Position numbers and translations under genes: made by a program. Below are positions 19,006 through 28,480 of a stretch of DNA of 64,000 nt, piece after piece; position 1 is the first letter of the stretch; each line of letters starts with the position of its first letter. Origin of the DNA: a bacterium (lineage in GTDB: Bacteria; Babelota; Babeliae; Babelales; UBA12409); NCBI GenBank assembly GCA_021823685.1, contig JAKANL010000006.1:233-64232 (forward strand), read 5' to 3'. A model generated the notes under the pieces. The model saw only the letters and a list, made by a program, of their open reading frames with translations, was not told where the DNA came from and did not search any database.

Positions 19006-19494
19006 ATGGCGATTGATGCGTGTTTTGTGAGCCTCTTTTTTTGGGAGCTCTTATCGATTTTAACCCTTACTTTTTTTGGTCTTTTTTGGTTTATCGAGCG
19101 TGTTGCTGCCCACAAGCATTACGTTATGTTAAAACTGATCAGTTTGTTGGTTCTCTTGGCAGCGGCCTTTGTTATTTGGGTAAAATTAGCCGAGCATGTT
19201 CCCGCCCAGCGGCTTGATGGCGTTGTAGATCTTATTTTGCTTGCTGCGATGGCGTGTATCACGATTCACTTTGTGCTCTTGCTTCTGCGTGCAAGCCGAG
19301 TACCCATTCCACATTTTGTGGAGCGATCGGGTATTGTGTTGGCCCTTATTGCTACCCTTATGTACGGTATTTACCTGTTCACCACGGGAACAGCTGCGCA
19401 ATTTGCCGCGCTTGATACAACGGTCAACATGCTTTTGCGTTCATTTTGGGTAATCGTTACGCTTACGCTGATTGCGCGCGTCGTAGTGCACTAA
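19006..19494 (+). CDS. Hypothetical membrane protein
   Basis: About 5 TM segments, SD AAAGGA. Confidence 0.7.
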   Translation: MAIDACFVSLFFWELLSILTLTFFGLFWFIERVAAHKHYVMLKLISLLVLLAAAFVIWVKLAEHVPAQRLDGVVDLILLAAMACITIHFVLLLLRASRVPIPHFVERSGIVLALIATLMYGIYLFTTGTAAQFAALDTTVNMLLRSFWVIVTLTLIARVVVH

Positions 19495-20197
19495 ATTGCA
19501 AAAAAAGATTACGCCAGAAGATTTTGCTGCTGCCCGGCATCGGCGGTTTACGGAGCGCGTCGTGCAGAAAATTTATGTAAGCCATTGCGTTATGGTCTGA
19601 TGTGAGCGCCTGGTTTGTCCAGTGGTGCAAGAGGTGATCGACTAAATCGATACTTTCCAATTCGGTTGGTGTGGCGCGATCGAGCGTTGCCAAAAAAGCC
19701 GCGCCGTCGGTTGCTGGTTGTTTAAAAAACGCGAGCAAATCGGTGTACGGCTGTTCGACGGTTATATCACCCGGCGCAAACGTGCGCACTATACAGCGTG
19801 AGCGAATGGTCGGAAGTACCATCGCGCCGCGCTGCGCCAGAAATAGAAAATGATATCCGGTTGGCGGTTCCTCAACAATTTTGAGGAGGCGGTTAGCGCA
19901 TGCTGGCGGCAAAGAGTCGGCTTGCTGGATAATAAAAATAAACGGCATGCCGTCGTCGGTGGCAAGGGCAATGCGTTCAAAAAGCGGTTCAAATTGTTCC
20001 AAACGATACGTTCCATCGGGAGCAAGCCACAGTAATTGGGCATGCTGTTTGTGCGCAATGGCGCGGCACGTGGCGCAGATCTGACAGCCATGGTTCGGGC
20101 ACCACAGATGCTGAATTTCTTTCGTGGCCCGTGCTTGTAGTTCGAGCGTCGGGCCAACCCATAAATGAGCCGGGGCTTGAAGAAGCGTGTTACTCAT
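19463..20197 (-). CDS. holB: DNA polymerase III delta-prime subunit
   Basis: C..GCQICATC, ANRLLKIVEEPP, LPTIRSRC; follows tmk. Confidence 0.88.
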   Translation of the reverse strand: MSNTLLQAPAHLWVGPTLELQARATKEIQHLWCPNHGCQICATCRAIAHKQHAQLLWLAPDGTYRLEQFEPLFERIALATDDGMPFIFIIQQADSLPPACANRLLKIVEEPPTGYHFLFLAQRGAMVLPTIRSRCIVRTFAPGDITVEQPYTDLLAFFKQPATDGAAFLATLDRATPTELESIDLVDHLLHHWTNQALTSDHNAMAYINFLHDALRKPPMPGSSKIFWRNLFLQFSALRRAQSA

Positions 20198-20834
20198 AGC
20201 TCGACTCATGCTCGAGAGCTTCAAGCAGCTTTTGTAAGGCCTGGTTGGCTAAGTTATCGGGTGTATCGCGGCCATCAAGCGTGATCACGTGTTTTTGATG
20301 AGCAAAGTGTGTCTCATAGCCGGCGGCTACGCGTTCCATGAAATCGCGGCATTGTTTTTCAAAGGCTGTGAGTGGTTGCTTGCGCGCCAGAAGTCGTTCA
20401 AAAGCTGTTTGCGGATCGATGCGGATAAAAAAGGTGCGAAAGGGGGTAACGCCATCGAGCGCCCACGTATTGATACGTTTAATGAGATCAATATCGAGGC
20501 CACGGGCATAGCCTTGATAAACGACTGAAGCGTCGGCCAGGCGATCTGAAATGACGAGTTTTTTATTGGCAAGGGCAGGTTTGACGATTTGGGTAATATG
20601 TTGTGCCCGATCCGCGGCGAAGAGCAAAAATTCCGCTTTTGGATCAAGCGGTGCCGGCTGCTCTTGAAGCATGGTACGAATATATGGTCCATAGCTATTA
20701 TCGCCCGGTTCTTTGGTGACGAGCGTGGGCATGAGCTGAGCGGTGAGTTCGGCTAGCTTTTTCACAAACGTTGTCTTGCCGCAACCATCGATACCTTCAA
20801 CGGTAATAAGTATGCCGCATTTGAGTTGTTTCAT
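20190..20834 (-). CDS. tmk: Thymidylate kinase
   Basis: EGIDGCGKTT, LFAADRAQH, ISDR, VYQG. Confidence 0.95.
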   Translation of the reverse strand: MKQLKCGILITVEGIDGCGKTTFVKKLAELTAQLMPTLVTKEPGDNSYGPYIRTMLQEQPAPLDPKAEFLLFAADRAQHITQIVKPALANKKLVISDRLADASVVYQGYARGLDIDLIKRINTWALDGVTPFRTFFIRIDPQTAFERLLARKQPLTAFEKQCRDFMERVAAGYETHFAHQKHVITLDGRDTPDNLANQALQKLLEALEHESSYE

Positions 20835-20935
20835 GGCTTAATTCCGGTATACTGACAATTGTTTTTCTCAAATTTCGTGTGACCGGCTTGATGGCGGGTC
20901 ATACCTTAAGTGTAACGTGTTTACAGCGGAGTGTC

Positions 20936-22042
20936 ATGGCCAACCAACGGCTGGTGCATATAACGACAAATCTGGGTATGGGCGGGGCCGAGCATTTTTT
21001 GTTTCATTTGGTCAGGCACCTTCAACCGTCTTTTGATCAAACAGTGATCAGTTTTCGTGGCGGCGTTTTTGAAGAGCGTATACGTGCGTTGGGCGTTCCG
21101 GTGTATATTATTCCCTTTAATTATTTAATCTTTTATCGCTTGTTTAAGGTTTTATTTGCTGTAAAACCTGATGTTATTCATGCGCTTTTGTGGTCGAGTA
21201 ATACGATATCGCGAGTTGTTGGGTCGTTGTTGCGCGTTCCCGTGGTATGCGCCATCCATTCACCAGTAAATAGTGACGGGTACGATAGCCGTATGCGCAC
21301 GATCATTGATCGATTAACGATGTGGCTGGCCACCCGTGTGGTTATGGTTTCGGCTCATGTGCGCGATTCAAGCGCGTTAACGCGTTGGGTCCCGGCACAG
21401 CGCATGGTGTTTATCGAAAATGGTATCGATGCGCACTATATGTGTGAACAGGTTAGTCGATTGGCTATCGGGCGCGATCGGCTTGCAATACCTTCTCATG
21501 CTCTTGTGATTGGCACGGTTGGCCGCTGCGTTGCGCTTAAAAACCAAGAGCTCGTGGTGCGTGCGATTGCTGCATTGCGGCACGATACGCGTGCGTGGTA
21601 TGCCGTTATTGTTGGCGATGGGCCTTTGCGCAAAGAGCTGAGAATTTTGGCTGTCGAGCTTGGCGTGAACGATCGCGTAATTATGGTTTCTGGTGCCGCG
21701 GCCGCCTATTATTCACTCTTCGATTTTTTTATATTGCCATCGCATATTGAGGGGCTTTCGATGGCCTTACTAGAGGCGATGAGTTTAGGCATACCCGTTC
21801 TTGCCAGTGCGCAGGCAAATCATGGGGTTATTATTGACGGCTTTAATGGATTTATCTTTGACGCGAGCAATAGCGACGAAGTTGTGCAGATCTTAAGAAA
21901 AATGGCGAATAATTCGCACTTGTGCGCTGCATGTACTCAAAAAGCGCAAGAAGATAGTGTACAACGCTTTTCTTTTGCGCGTACTGCGCAAGAATATGCC
22001 AATCTTTTTTTGCGTGTTGGTAGGCGCTGTGAATATTGTTGA
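20936..22042 (+). CDS. Glycosyltransferase family 4
   Basis: GGAE, NGID, PS..EGLSMALLEAM. Confidence 0.9.
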   Translation: MANQRLVHITTNLGMGGAEHFLFHLVRHLQPSFDQTVISFRGGVFEERIRALGVPVYIIPFNYLIFYRLFKVLFAVKPDVIHALLWSSNTISRVVGSLLRVPVVCAIHSPVNSDGYDSRMRTIIDRLTMWLATRVVMVSAHVRDSSALTRWVPAQRMVFIENGIDAHYMCEQVSRLAIGRDRLAIPSHALVIGTVGRCVALKNQELVVRAIAALRHDTRAWYAVIVGDGPLRKELRILAVELGVNDRVIMVSGAAAAYYSLFDFFILPSHIEGLSMALLEAMSLGIPVLASAQANHGVIIDGFNGFIFDASNSDEVVQILRKMANNSHLCAACTQKAQEDSVQRFSFARTAQEYANLFLRVGRRCEYC

Positions 22043-22351
22043 GTGGGGTATAATTACTTGTTTTTCCGTAGCATTCGTCCAAAAAAGCGGCGCCAACCGG
22101 TGACAACATACGCTTTTTCATGGTTTATGCGTTTTTATCCATGGCATGCGGGTGTGGCGGCAGCAAAGGGGCCCGGCGGGCGAAGGGGCTTTCTGGCCAA
22201 TAAAACTCTTTGTTACCACAAAAATTTGATTTTTTATTTGATTTTTTATAGGATTAAAATGTCTCAAAATCGATAACCTCCATTTCCCCTATCCGCGACG
22301 TAAGTCTTGGGTGGGGGTTTTTAATTAGAACACGGTAATGGAGAAACCACT

Positions 22352-23362
22352 GTGCACAAGCTCTTTGCCGTCATGCGAAACGGCCGTTTTTATCATAGTC
22401 GGTTTGAGCGCCGGCAGTATTTTTTACTTCCATCGGCGGCATTTTACCTCAGAATGCTGTGCCGGCGATTTTTCGAACCCGAACATCCCATAACGGTAAC
22501 GCATGCGCATATCCCGCATACACAGCCGGCGTGGTGCCGTCTGATGTGGTTAGGCCATGCAACTTTTTTAATCCAGCTCGGCGGTTCGGGTCGCCAGCCG
22601 GTTACGCTTCTGACCGACCCCATTTTTGGTAATGCGACGCCCTTTTTCCGGCGCACGTGTCCACCGGGCCTTGCGATATCTGAGTTGCCGCCCATAGATT
22701 ATATTCTTATTTCCCATAACCACCGCGATCATATGGATGAATCAACGCTTATGCAGCTTTTTAAGCGCAATGAACATGTTATTTGTTTGGTGCCTCACGG
22801 CGACCGCTCTTGGTTTATCCAGCGCGGTTTTTTGCAGGTTCACGAACACTATTGGTGGCAAAGTTTGAGCAGCGGTGCGCTTACCTGTACCTTTTTGCCG
22901 GCCCGGCACTGGTCGGGGCGCTGGATTGGTGATCGCAACCGCTCGTTATGGGGAAGCTGGCATATCGGCTGGGGTGGTCGTAGCCTCTATTTTGCCGGTG
23001 ACACGGCGTATTGGAAACATTTTTCGTGTATTCAGGCCCACATGCCTTCCATAGACGTGGCTCTTTTGCCCATAGGGCCATGCGAGCCTCGTGGATATAT
23101 GCAACACCACCATATGAGTGATTCGTGGGTTATACGGGCATTTTTAGAGCTTGGCGCGAAGCATTTGGTGCCCATGCATTGGGGCACGTTTCGTTTGGGA
23201 ATTGATGCGGCCCATTTGCCCCTGGAACGTTTAATTTCTGCCTGGCAACGAGCCGGCGATGCCGTGGGTGATAAGCAATTGAGTCTGATTAACCATGGCC
23301 AAGAAATCGCGTTTGCGGATAATCAGGAGCCGGCAGAAACGAGCGAAATCGTAACGTTGTAA
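22352..23362 (+). CDS. MBL-fold metallo-hydrolase (NAPE-PLD/RomA-like)
   Basis: WLGHAT, TDP, SHNHRDHMD, HWSGR, AGDT, PMHWGTF. Confidence 0.9.
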   Translation: MHKLFAVMRNGRFYHSRFERRQYFLLPSAAFYLRMLCRRFFEPEHPITVTHAHIPHTQPAWCRLMWLGHATFLIQLGGSGRQPVTLLTDPIFGNATPFFRRTCPPGLAISELPPIDYILISHNHRDHMDESTLMQLFKRNEHVICLVPHGDRSWFIQRGFLQVHEHYWWQSLSSGALTCTFLPARHWSGRWIGDRNRSLWGSWHIGWGGRSLYFAGDTAYWKHFSCIQAHMPSIDVALLPIGPCEPRGYMQHHHMSDSWVIRAFLELGAKHLVPMHWGTFRLGIDAAHLPLERLISAWQRAGDAVGDKQLSLINHGQEIAFADNQEPAETSEIVTL

Positions 23363-23430
23363 TGCAAATTATTTGTTTCAAGAGGTCGAGGGCTGCAGTC
23401 CCTCTTCCCCTTGTTTTCAGGCCGACACTG

Positions 23431-23607
23431 CTATCGTGGCCTTATGACCGGCATGCTGACTCTGACTACTGGGGCAGGTACTTGAGGTACTGGCACCTGG
23501 GGTACTGGTGCTGGTGGCCTTGTTCCCATGGATGGGTAGATGAAGCCATGGCACTCCAGGCAGATCAGGCTTGCGCCCAAAAGGGTTATGATTACTGATT
23601 TATTCAT
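23431..23607 (-). CDS. Small secreted Pro/Val-rich peptide
   Basis: SD GAAGGA; MNKSVIITLLGASLICLECHG then PPAPVPQVPVPQVPAP. Confidence 0.6.
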   Translation of the reverse strand: MNKSVIITLLGASLICLECHGFIYPSMGTRPPAPVPQVPVPQVPAPVVRVSMPVIRPR

Positions 23608-23794
23608 AAAAATATCCTTCATAAATAATTAAACTAATTCACGCTTCTACACTCTCCGGTTAGGTCTTATATCAACTATGCATAGGGTACCTCCTGATTT
23701 TTGTGGTGAGACTGATTCAAATCGCCCTAAATTCGCCCACCCGCTCGCCCTGAGTGATTGTGTTGAAAGTCAACAACTTTTTGAACAATTTAAC

Positions 23795-24742
23795 TTAGCA
23801 GTAAGTTATGCATACCTCCCTTTTTTTCAATAGAGAATTAGCGATGACAATGAGTTTATGCATGATGGCCACAATAGCGATCTTAAAGGGTTTTTTGTTT
23901 GCTATTAAACGATCATAAAATTTCTTTAGCGGCAAATGATGCTTGATCGTTGTCAATGCGCACATATAAAGAGCGTTTCTTGGAACTATTCTTCCGCCTC
24001 GGATGAATCTTTTGCCTATGAAGCTTCCGCTTTCATAGGCATAGGGGCAGAGCCCAACAAGAGCCGCTATTTTTTTATTGCTTAACTCGCCAAGTTCAGG
24101 AACAAACGATAGCAAGACTGTCGCGGAAGCCTTCCCAATTCCTGGAATCGATTCTAAATACTTTGACTTTGTATTTAAGTTCTCATCTTTCTGAATCAAA
24201 GCACCTATTTCGATATCAATAGCCTTAATCGCAAGTTTTAACGTCTTGATCAGCTTTTTTATGCTCGCAAGACACAAAGCATGAGACGGATGCTTTAACC
24301 GTGTTTTTTCCATGGCTAAAAACTTTGTTAGATCATTTTTGCGACTAACGAAAGCTCTCAATTGATCAAGATTTGCATCTCGGCTCACCGCTATGTAATC
24401 TGGAGAATTTTTAGAGGCAAATTCAGCAATTTTTTGCGCATCAATTTTATCAGATTTACTTTTGCAACCACATGCGACAATAAAGCCTTTTATTCTTCGT
24501 GGATCAACTATCCAGAGGTTATAAGAATTCTTTTTCAAAAGCTGAGCAAGGAGTTTCTCATAACCGCCAGTGGCTTCACATGCAATTTGCGCAACATCGT
24601 ATACCGCCAATTCTCTGACAAACTTTTCTATTTCAACCGCTGAGTTGGCTATTTTAAAAAATCTTCCTATCGGGTGAATATAGGCGTCTAAGTTGTTCTT
24701 TGAAATATCGACACCTATGCACACATTTGATATATTTTTCAT
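23795..24742 (-). CDS. IS110-family DEDD recombinase/transposase
   Basis: GVDISK, CEATG, KSDKID (DEDD); SIPGIG, GLCP..ESGS, GGR..RNALYM; SD GAGGT before ATG 24742. Confidence 0.95.
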   Translation of the reverse strand: MKNISNVCIGVDISKNNLDAYIHPIGRFFKIANSAVEIEKFVRELAVYDVAQIACEATGGYEKLLAQLLKKNSYNLWIVDPRRIKGFIVACGCKSKSDKIDAQKIAEFASKNSPDYIAVSRDANLDQLRAFVSRKNDLTKFLAMEKTRLKHPSHALCLASIKKLIKTLKLAIKAIDIEIGALIQKDENLNTKSKYLESIPGIGKASATVLLSFVPELGELSNKKIAALVGLCPYAYESGSFIGKRFIRGGRIVPRNALYMCALTTIKHHLPLKKFYDRLIANKKPFKIAIVAIMHKLIVIANSLLKKREVCITYC

Positions 24743-24747
24743 GAAAT

Positions 24748-24960
24748 ACCTCTGGCTTGTAGACATTCGAGATCGCACTACCCAGTACGTCTCTAGTGAT
24801 TGTTCGAGGTGTTTTTAGAAAGCTGATACTCTCAAACTCAGAAACGGTCCTATCAGACCAAGCCTGTCACGAGATCTATCAGCTTTTTTCTCTGAACAAT
24901 CGATATCCAACAACTATCCAATCTTTAGCTTAGTAACCGTTTCGTATATTTAAAAGTACC
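24748..24960 (-). ncRNA. Putative IS110 bridge RNA (ends approximate)
   Basis: Two stem-loops with internal guides matching target (GACAGGCU / CUGAG) and donor (ACAAUCACU / UACAAG). Confidence 0.85.
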
Positions 24961-25081
24961 TAGTTTCAACATACAAGCTTGTCGAAGGGCGCTCGTTGAA
25001 ACCTTTAATCGTTCGATCATGGCGACGTTTTTAATCGTTTCTTTCGTGCGTGCCATTCGTTATCCTTTCATTTTTTACAAA

Positions 25082-25111
25082 CAAAAAACCCCCGGCTTTA
25101 AGCCGGGGGTT
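25082..25111 (-). terminator. Intrinsic terminator, possibly an attenuator
   Basis: ACCCCCGGCTTAAAGCCGGGGGT followed by a T tract on the minus strand. Confidence 0.8.
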
Positions 25112-25261
25112 AGTACTTTTTTTAACGTTTTTTATGCGTTAGGTAAGCAGTACACTCCTACGGCCCTTGAGGGTAAAAAAGAAAAAAGAGCAGAAAGAAG
25201 TGTTTTGTGCGATTTTAGAATGTTTTTTTGCTTAAACAGCAACAAAAAAGTTAATTTAAAT

Positions 25262-25294
25262 AAAAGAGAAGTGGCTGCTACGCCACTTCTCTTT
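25262..25294 (-). terminator. Terminator of the cysteine synthase-family gene
   Basis: 13-bp stem aaagagaagtggc/gccacttctcttt, 16 nt after the stop codon. Confidence 0.8.
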
Positions 25295-25310
25295 GCTATT
25301 ATTGTTTCAC

Positions 25311-26282
25311 TTACAGTTGCATAACTTCTGGTTGTTTGAGCGCGACGTGGTACGGAACCGTATCTTCAACGCGTCCGTAAAACCCTTTGCTCAAGTAAGC
25401 GCGTCCGGAATCGCCAAAGATCATGACGGCAATATCGCCTTGTTTGAGTTTTGGCAGATATTGCATAACCCCAGCTGCTACGGCGCCACTGCTCAGCCCT
25501 ACGAGTAGGCCATGCTGTTTGGCCAACGGCTGTAACATGCCTAAGGATTCTTCATCGGTTACTTCCAAGAACTCATCGATGATGCTGTAATCAGTAATTG
25601 GGGTATTAAAATCGATACCAATACCTTCGACGGCATATGGTTTTGGATTACCTTTGGTTGATCGCCACGAATTTTTGGCATCGATGGCAATAACTTTAAT
25701 ATCGGGGTTTTGTGATTTTAAAAAGCGCCCAGCGCCGCTGACCGTGCCCGAGGTTCCTGCTGCAGCAAAAAAGTGTGTAATTTTACCTTCGGTTTGATTC
25801 CAAATTTCAGGTCCGAGTAATGTTTGATGCGCCAAGCGGTTGGAGAGATTGAAATATTGATTTGGCATAAACGAATTTGGTGTTTGTTTTTGGATTTGCA
25901 CGGCAACATTGTGATAGTTGCGTGGGTCATCCATGGCTGCAGGCGGACACAAGACCACCGTCGCGCCATACGCTTGAATCGTGGTCAATTTTTCTTTGCT
26001 GATTTTTTCGGTGACCGTAATGATGACTTTATAGCCCTTTGCTGCACCGATCATGGCGACGGCGATGCCCTGGTTTCCTGACGAGGCATCGATGATGGTT
26101 CCGCCAGGTTTGAGCAGGCCCTTGCGTTCGGCTTCCTCAATCATAAAGACGGCTGAGCGATCTTTGACGCTGCCGCCGGGATTGAGATACTCAAGTTTCG
26201 CACATACGCGCGCCTTGCTGTCTAATGTGAGTTCGACAATCGGCGTATTGCCAATTGCCGTGAGTACATTTTTATAGATCAT
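25311..26282 (-). CDS. PLP-dependent cysteine synthase / cystathionine beta-synthase family
   Basis: KLEYLNPGGSVKDR, SSGNQG, GTSGT, EGIG, GLSSG. Confidence 0.9.
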   Translation of the reverse strand: MIYKNVLTAIGNTPIVELTLDSKARVCAKLEYLNPGGSVKDRSAVFMIEEAERKGLLKPGGTIIDASSGNQGIAVAMIGAAKGYKVIITVTEKISKEKLTTIQAYGATVVLCPPAAMDDPRNYHNVAVQIQKQTPNSFMPNQYFNLSNRLAHQTLLGPEIWNQTEGKITHFFAAAGTSGTVSGAGRFLKSQNPDIKVIAIDAKNSWRSTKGNPKPYAVEGIGIDFNTPITDYSIIDEFLEVTDEESLGMLQPLAKQHGLLVGLSSGAVAAGVMQYLPKLKQGDIAVMIFGDSGRAYLSKGFYGRVEDTVPYHVALKQPEVMQL

Positions 26283-26354
26283 GGGATATTCCCCTGGATT
26301 TTTATTTACCTTTTTTATCATAACAGTCATAGCGGCAAAATCTAGTGGGTGCTA

Positions 26355-27497
26355 CTACGATAATGTGTGATACATGTTTATGTGTTGTTCAACCATGTAC
26401 TCGTAGGTAAATGGGGTCAATTGATCTGGGTAGTGGCTCAGCCGTGCGTAAAGCGCCGGATTTTCGATAAGATCGCCTATGCCATCGGCTATGCCGTGCC
26501 AATTTTTTTGTTCATAGAGCAGGCCGTTTACGTTGTGGATAATTACTTCAGGAATCCCGCCGGTTTTATAAGAAACGACGGGCAGCTTCAGTAAGCGGGC
26601 TTCGATAACGGCGCATGGCAGCCCTTCCCACAGTGATGTAAGCGCAAATACGTGCCAATTTTTGGTAATGGCCGCGACATCGGGCTGCCAGCCATGGAGC
26701 ACGACGGCGCGTGTCAGATTATTTTTTGAAAGCCATGCTTCTATGGCCGGCCGCAGGGCGCCGTCACCGATAAGTTCAAGTCTTGCTTGTGGATATCTCT
26801 CGTGAACTGATTTAAATGCCCGTAAAAGATCACCCATGTTTTTTTGTGGTTTGAAACAGGCTACCGTGCCGATAACAAATGGCTCTGCCGTCGGAGCACA
26901 TTTTTTTGTTGCTTGCGCCAAAAATGGTTCGCCATCGATTGCTGCATAAATGAGCGTGTGTTTGTGTGCAAATCCAGGAAATAATCGTACACCCGTTTGT
27001 GCATCGGCACGCGAAACGCAGATAAAGCGTGTTGTTATAAAACTGGTGACGAGTTCTGACAAATATACGGCAAGCCAGGCTACGCGCGATTGGTGCGGAT
27101 GGAACCCATAGCCGTGGATCGTATGAACACGGTGAGCGATACCGGCAAAAAAAGCCGCCCAGCGTCCGAGCAAGCCGGCTTTGGTGCTATGGGTATGCAC
27201 GATAAGTTTGGGGTGTTCTTTTTTGAGTTTGCGTAACACGTTAATCAGCGTGAAAAATGTCTTAAATTCGCGCAGTAAACCATACGCGCTTACTTCGCGC
27301 GTCATGCAATCGAGCAATATGGCATGCGGATTATGGTTAACCTGCTCAACAAGGGGGCCCTGATCGCCGGTGATGAGCCATGTGTGGTGGTCATGTTTTG
27401 CTAAATCATCAAAGAGGCGCAGACACACTTTTTGGGCGCCGCCTAGTTCGAGCTTGGTAATAATATAAACGATAGTTGGTGGCGTTTGCTTATCCAT
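26355..27497 (-). CDS. Glycosyltransferase family 4
   Basis: GGAQ, HTHSTKAG, HTIHG, SLWEGLP..IEA. Confidence 0.9.
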   Translation of the reverse strand: MDKQTPPTIVYIITKLELGGAQKVCLRLFDDLAKHDHHTWLITGDQGPLVEQVNHNPHAILLDCMTREVSAYGLLREFKTFFTLINVLRKLKKEHPKLIVHTHSTKAGLLGRWAAFFAGIAHRVHTIHGYGFHPHQSRVAWLAVYLSELVTSFITTRFICVSRADAQTGVRLFPGFAHKHTLIYAAIDGEPFLAQATKKCAPTAEPFVIGTVACFKPQKNMGDLLRAFKSVHERYPQARLELIGDGALRPAIEAWLSKNNLTRAVVLHGWQPDVAAITKNWHVFALTSLWEGLPCAVIEARLLKLPVVSYKTGGIPEVIIHNVNGLLYEQKNWHGIADGIGDLIENPALYARLSHYPDQLTPFTYEYMVEQHINMYHTLS

Positions 27498-27511
27498 TGT
27501 TTGGGTGCACG

Positions 27512-28477
27512 TTACGCAAAAATCATGAGCATGAGCCCGATGAGGAGTCCATAAATAGCCAGCGTATCAACGAGACCTTGGGCAAGCAGCGAGGCGCGGG
27601 TAATAGTTGCGGCGTTGGCGGGCGTTTGTTGCCCGATTTGGGTACACGCGGCAGCGGCGATTCTTCCTGAGCCAATACCGGGCATAAGGTTGGCGATGCC
27701 GATGCAGCCGGCGCTTGCCAAAATGGCAATCGTTTTAAGTGTGGTTGGATCCGTCGGCATATTCAAAAGCATGAGAAGGGAGGCAAAAAAGGCCAAAATA
27801 ATCGGTGTTTCAATAAACGACTGACTAAGTAAGGCAAACGAAAAAATGCGTTTATACGCGAGCCGATTAACGCCGACCGATTCGCATGCATTGCGCGCAA
27901 AAAGTCCTTGTCCGATGGCAGGGCCGATAGATCCAATGCCGACGCAGATTGCCGAGGCGAGTATTTTAAGTGATTCGTTGAGTGTCAGTAGCGATTCCTG
28001 CCTGAGATGAATCATGAAGACGGCTATAAAACCAAAGATGATTGGTGTCTGGATAATTGAAATGGTCACGAGCATCATGTTGGTGATTGGTTCGGCAAAA
28101 AAAGGCTGGCGGGCAATGGCGTGCATACTGGCAATGGCCGGCATACTTGAAACGATACTGATAACTAACCCGACCAGGCCGACGGCGCATACGATGCCGG
28201 CTTGTGCAATACTTATGTAGAGTGCATTTGGCGCCGAAAGACGGGTGCCAAAAAAAATGATAATAATCATGATCAAGCTGATAAGGGCTGACGTCTCGGT
28301 GAGCGCCAACGAAAGAAGAAGATTTTTTGACAGCGCGCGATGGGCTTGCGGTTGAACATATAGGCCATCGGTCGCCGCCTTGGTAATGCGTCCTTGGCCA
28401 ATGGCAACGCCGAGTCCGGTGAGTGCAAGCGTGGTTGCCAATGAGCCGTAGTGCAGATAAGAAGCTGCCGTTATCAT
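27512..28477 (-). CDS. atpE: ATP synthase F0 subunit c, four fused hairpins
   Basis: Four c-like units with Gly-rich helices, loops VQP/RQP/VNR/QQT and ion sites E/Q/E/D; directly after atpB. Confidence 0.85.
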   Translation of the reverse strand: MITAASYLHYGSLATTLALTGLGVAIGQGRITKAATDGLYVQPQAHRALSKNLLLSLALTETSALISLIMIIIIFFGTRLSAPNALYISIAQAGIVCAVGLVGLVISIVSSMPAIASMHAIARQPFFAEPITNMMLVTISIIQTPIIFGFIAVFMIHLRQESLLTLNESLKILASAICVGIGSIGPAIGQGLFARNACESVGVNRLAYKRIFSFALLSQSFIETPIILAFFASLLMLLNMPTDPTTLKTIAILASAGCIGIANLMPGIGSGRIAAAACTQIGQQTPANAATITRASLLAQGLVDTLAIYGLLIGLMLMIFA

Positions 28478-28480
28478 GGG

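Larger units (their letters stand above)
23753..24977 (-). mobile_element. IS110-family insertion sequence inserted in a REP-like repeat
   Basis: AG (CT on minus) core at both junctions; removing the element restores CCGCTCGCCCTGAGCTTGTCGAAGGG; 8-bp sub-terminal inverted repeats tgttgaaa/tttcaaca. Confidence 0.92.

Noticed and set aside
19463-20197. Degenerate Walker A suggesting a holB pseudogene
   Set aside because: Delta-prime is normally ATPase-inactive and the frame is intact
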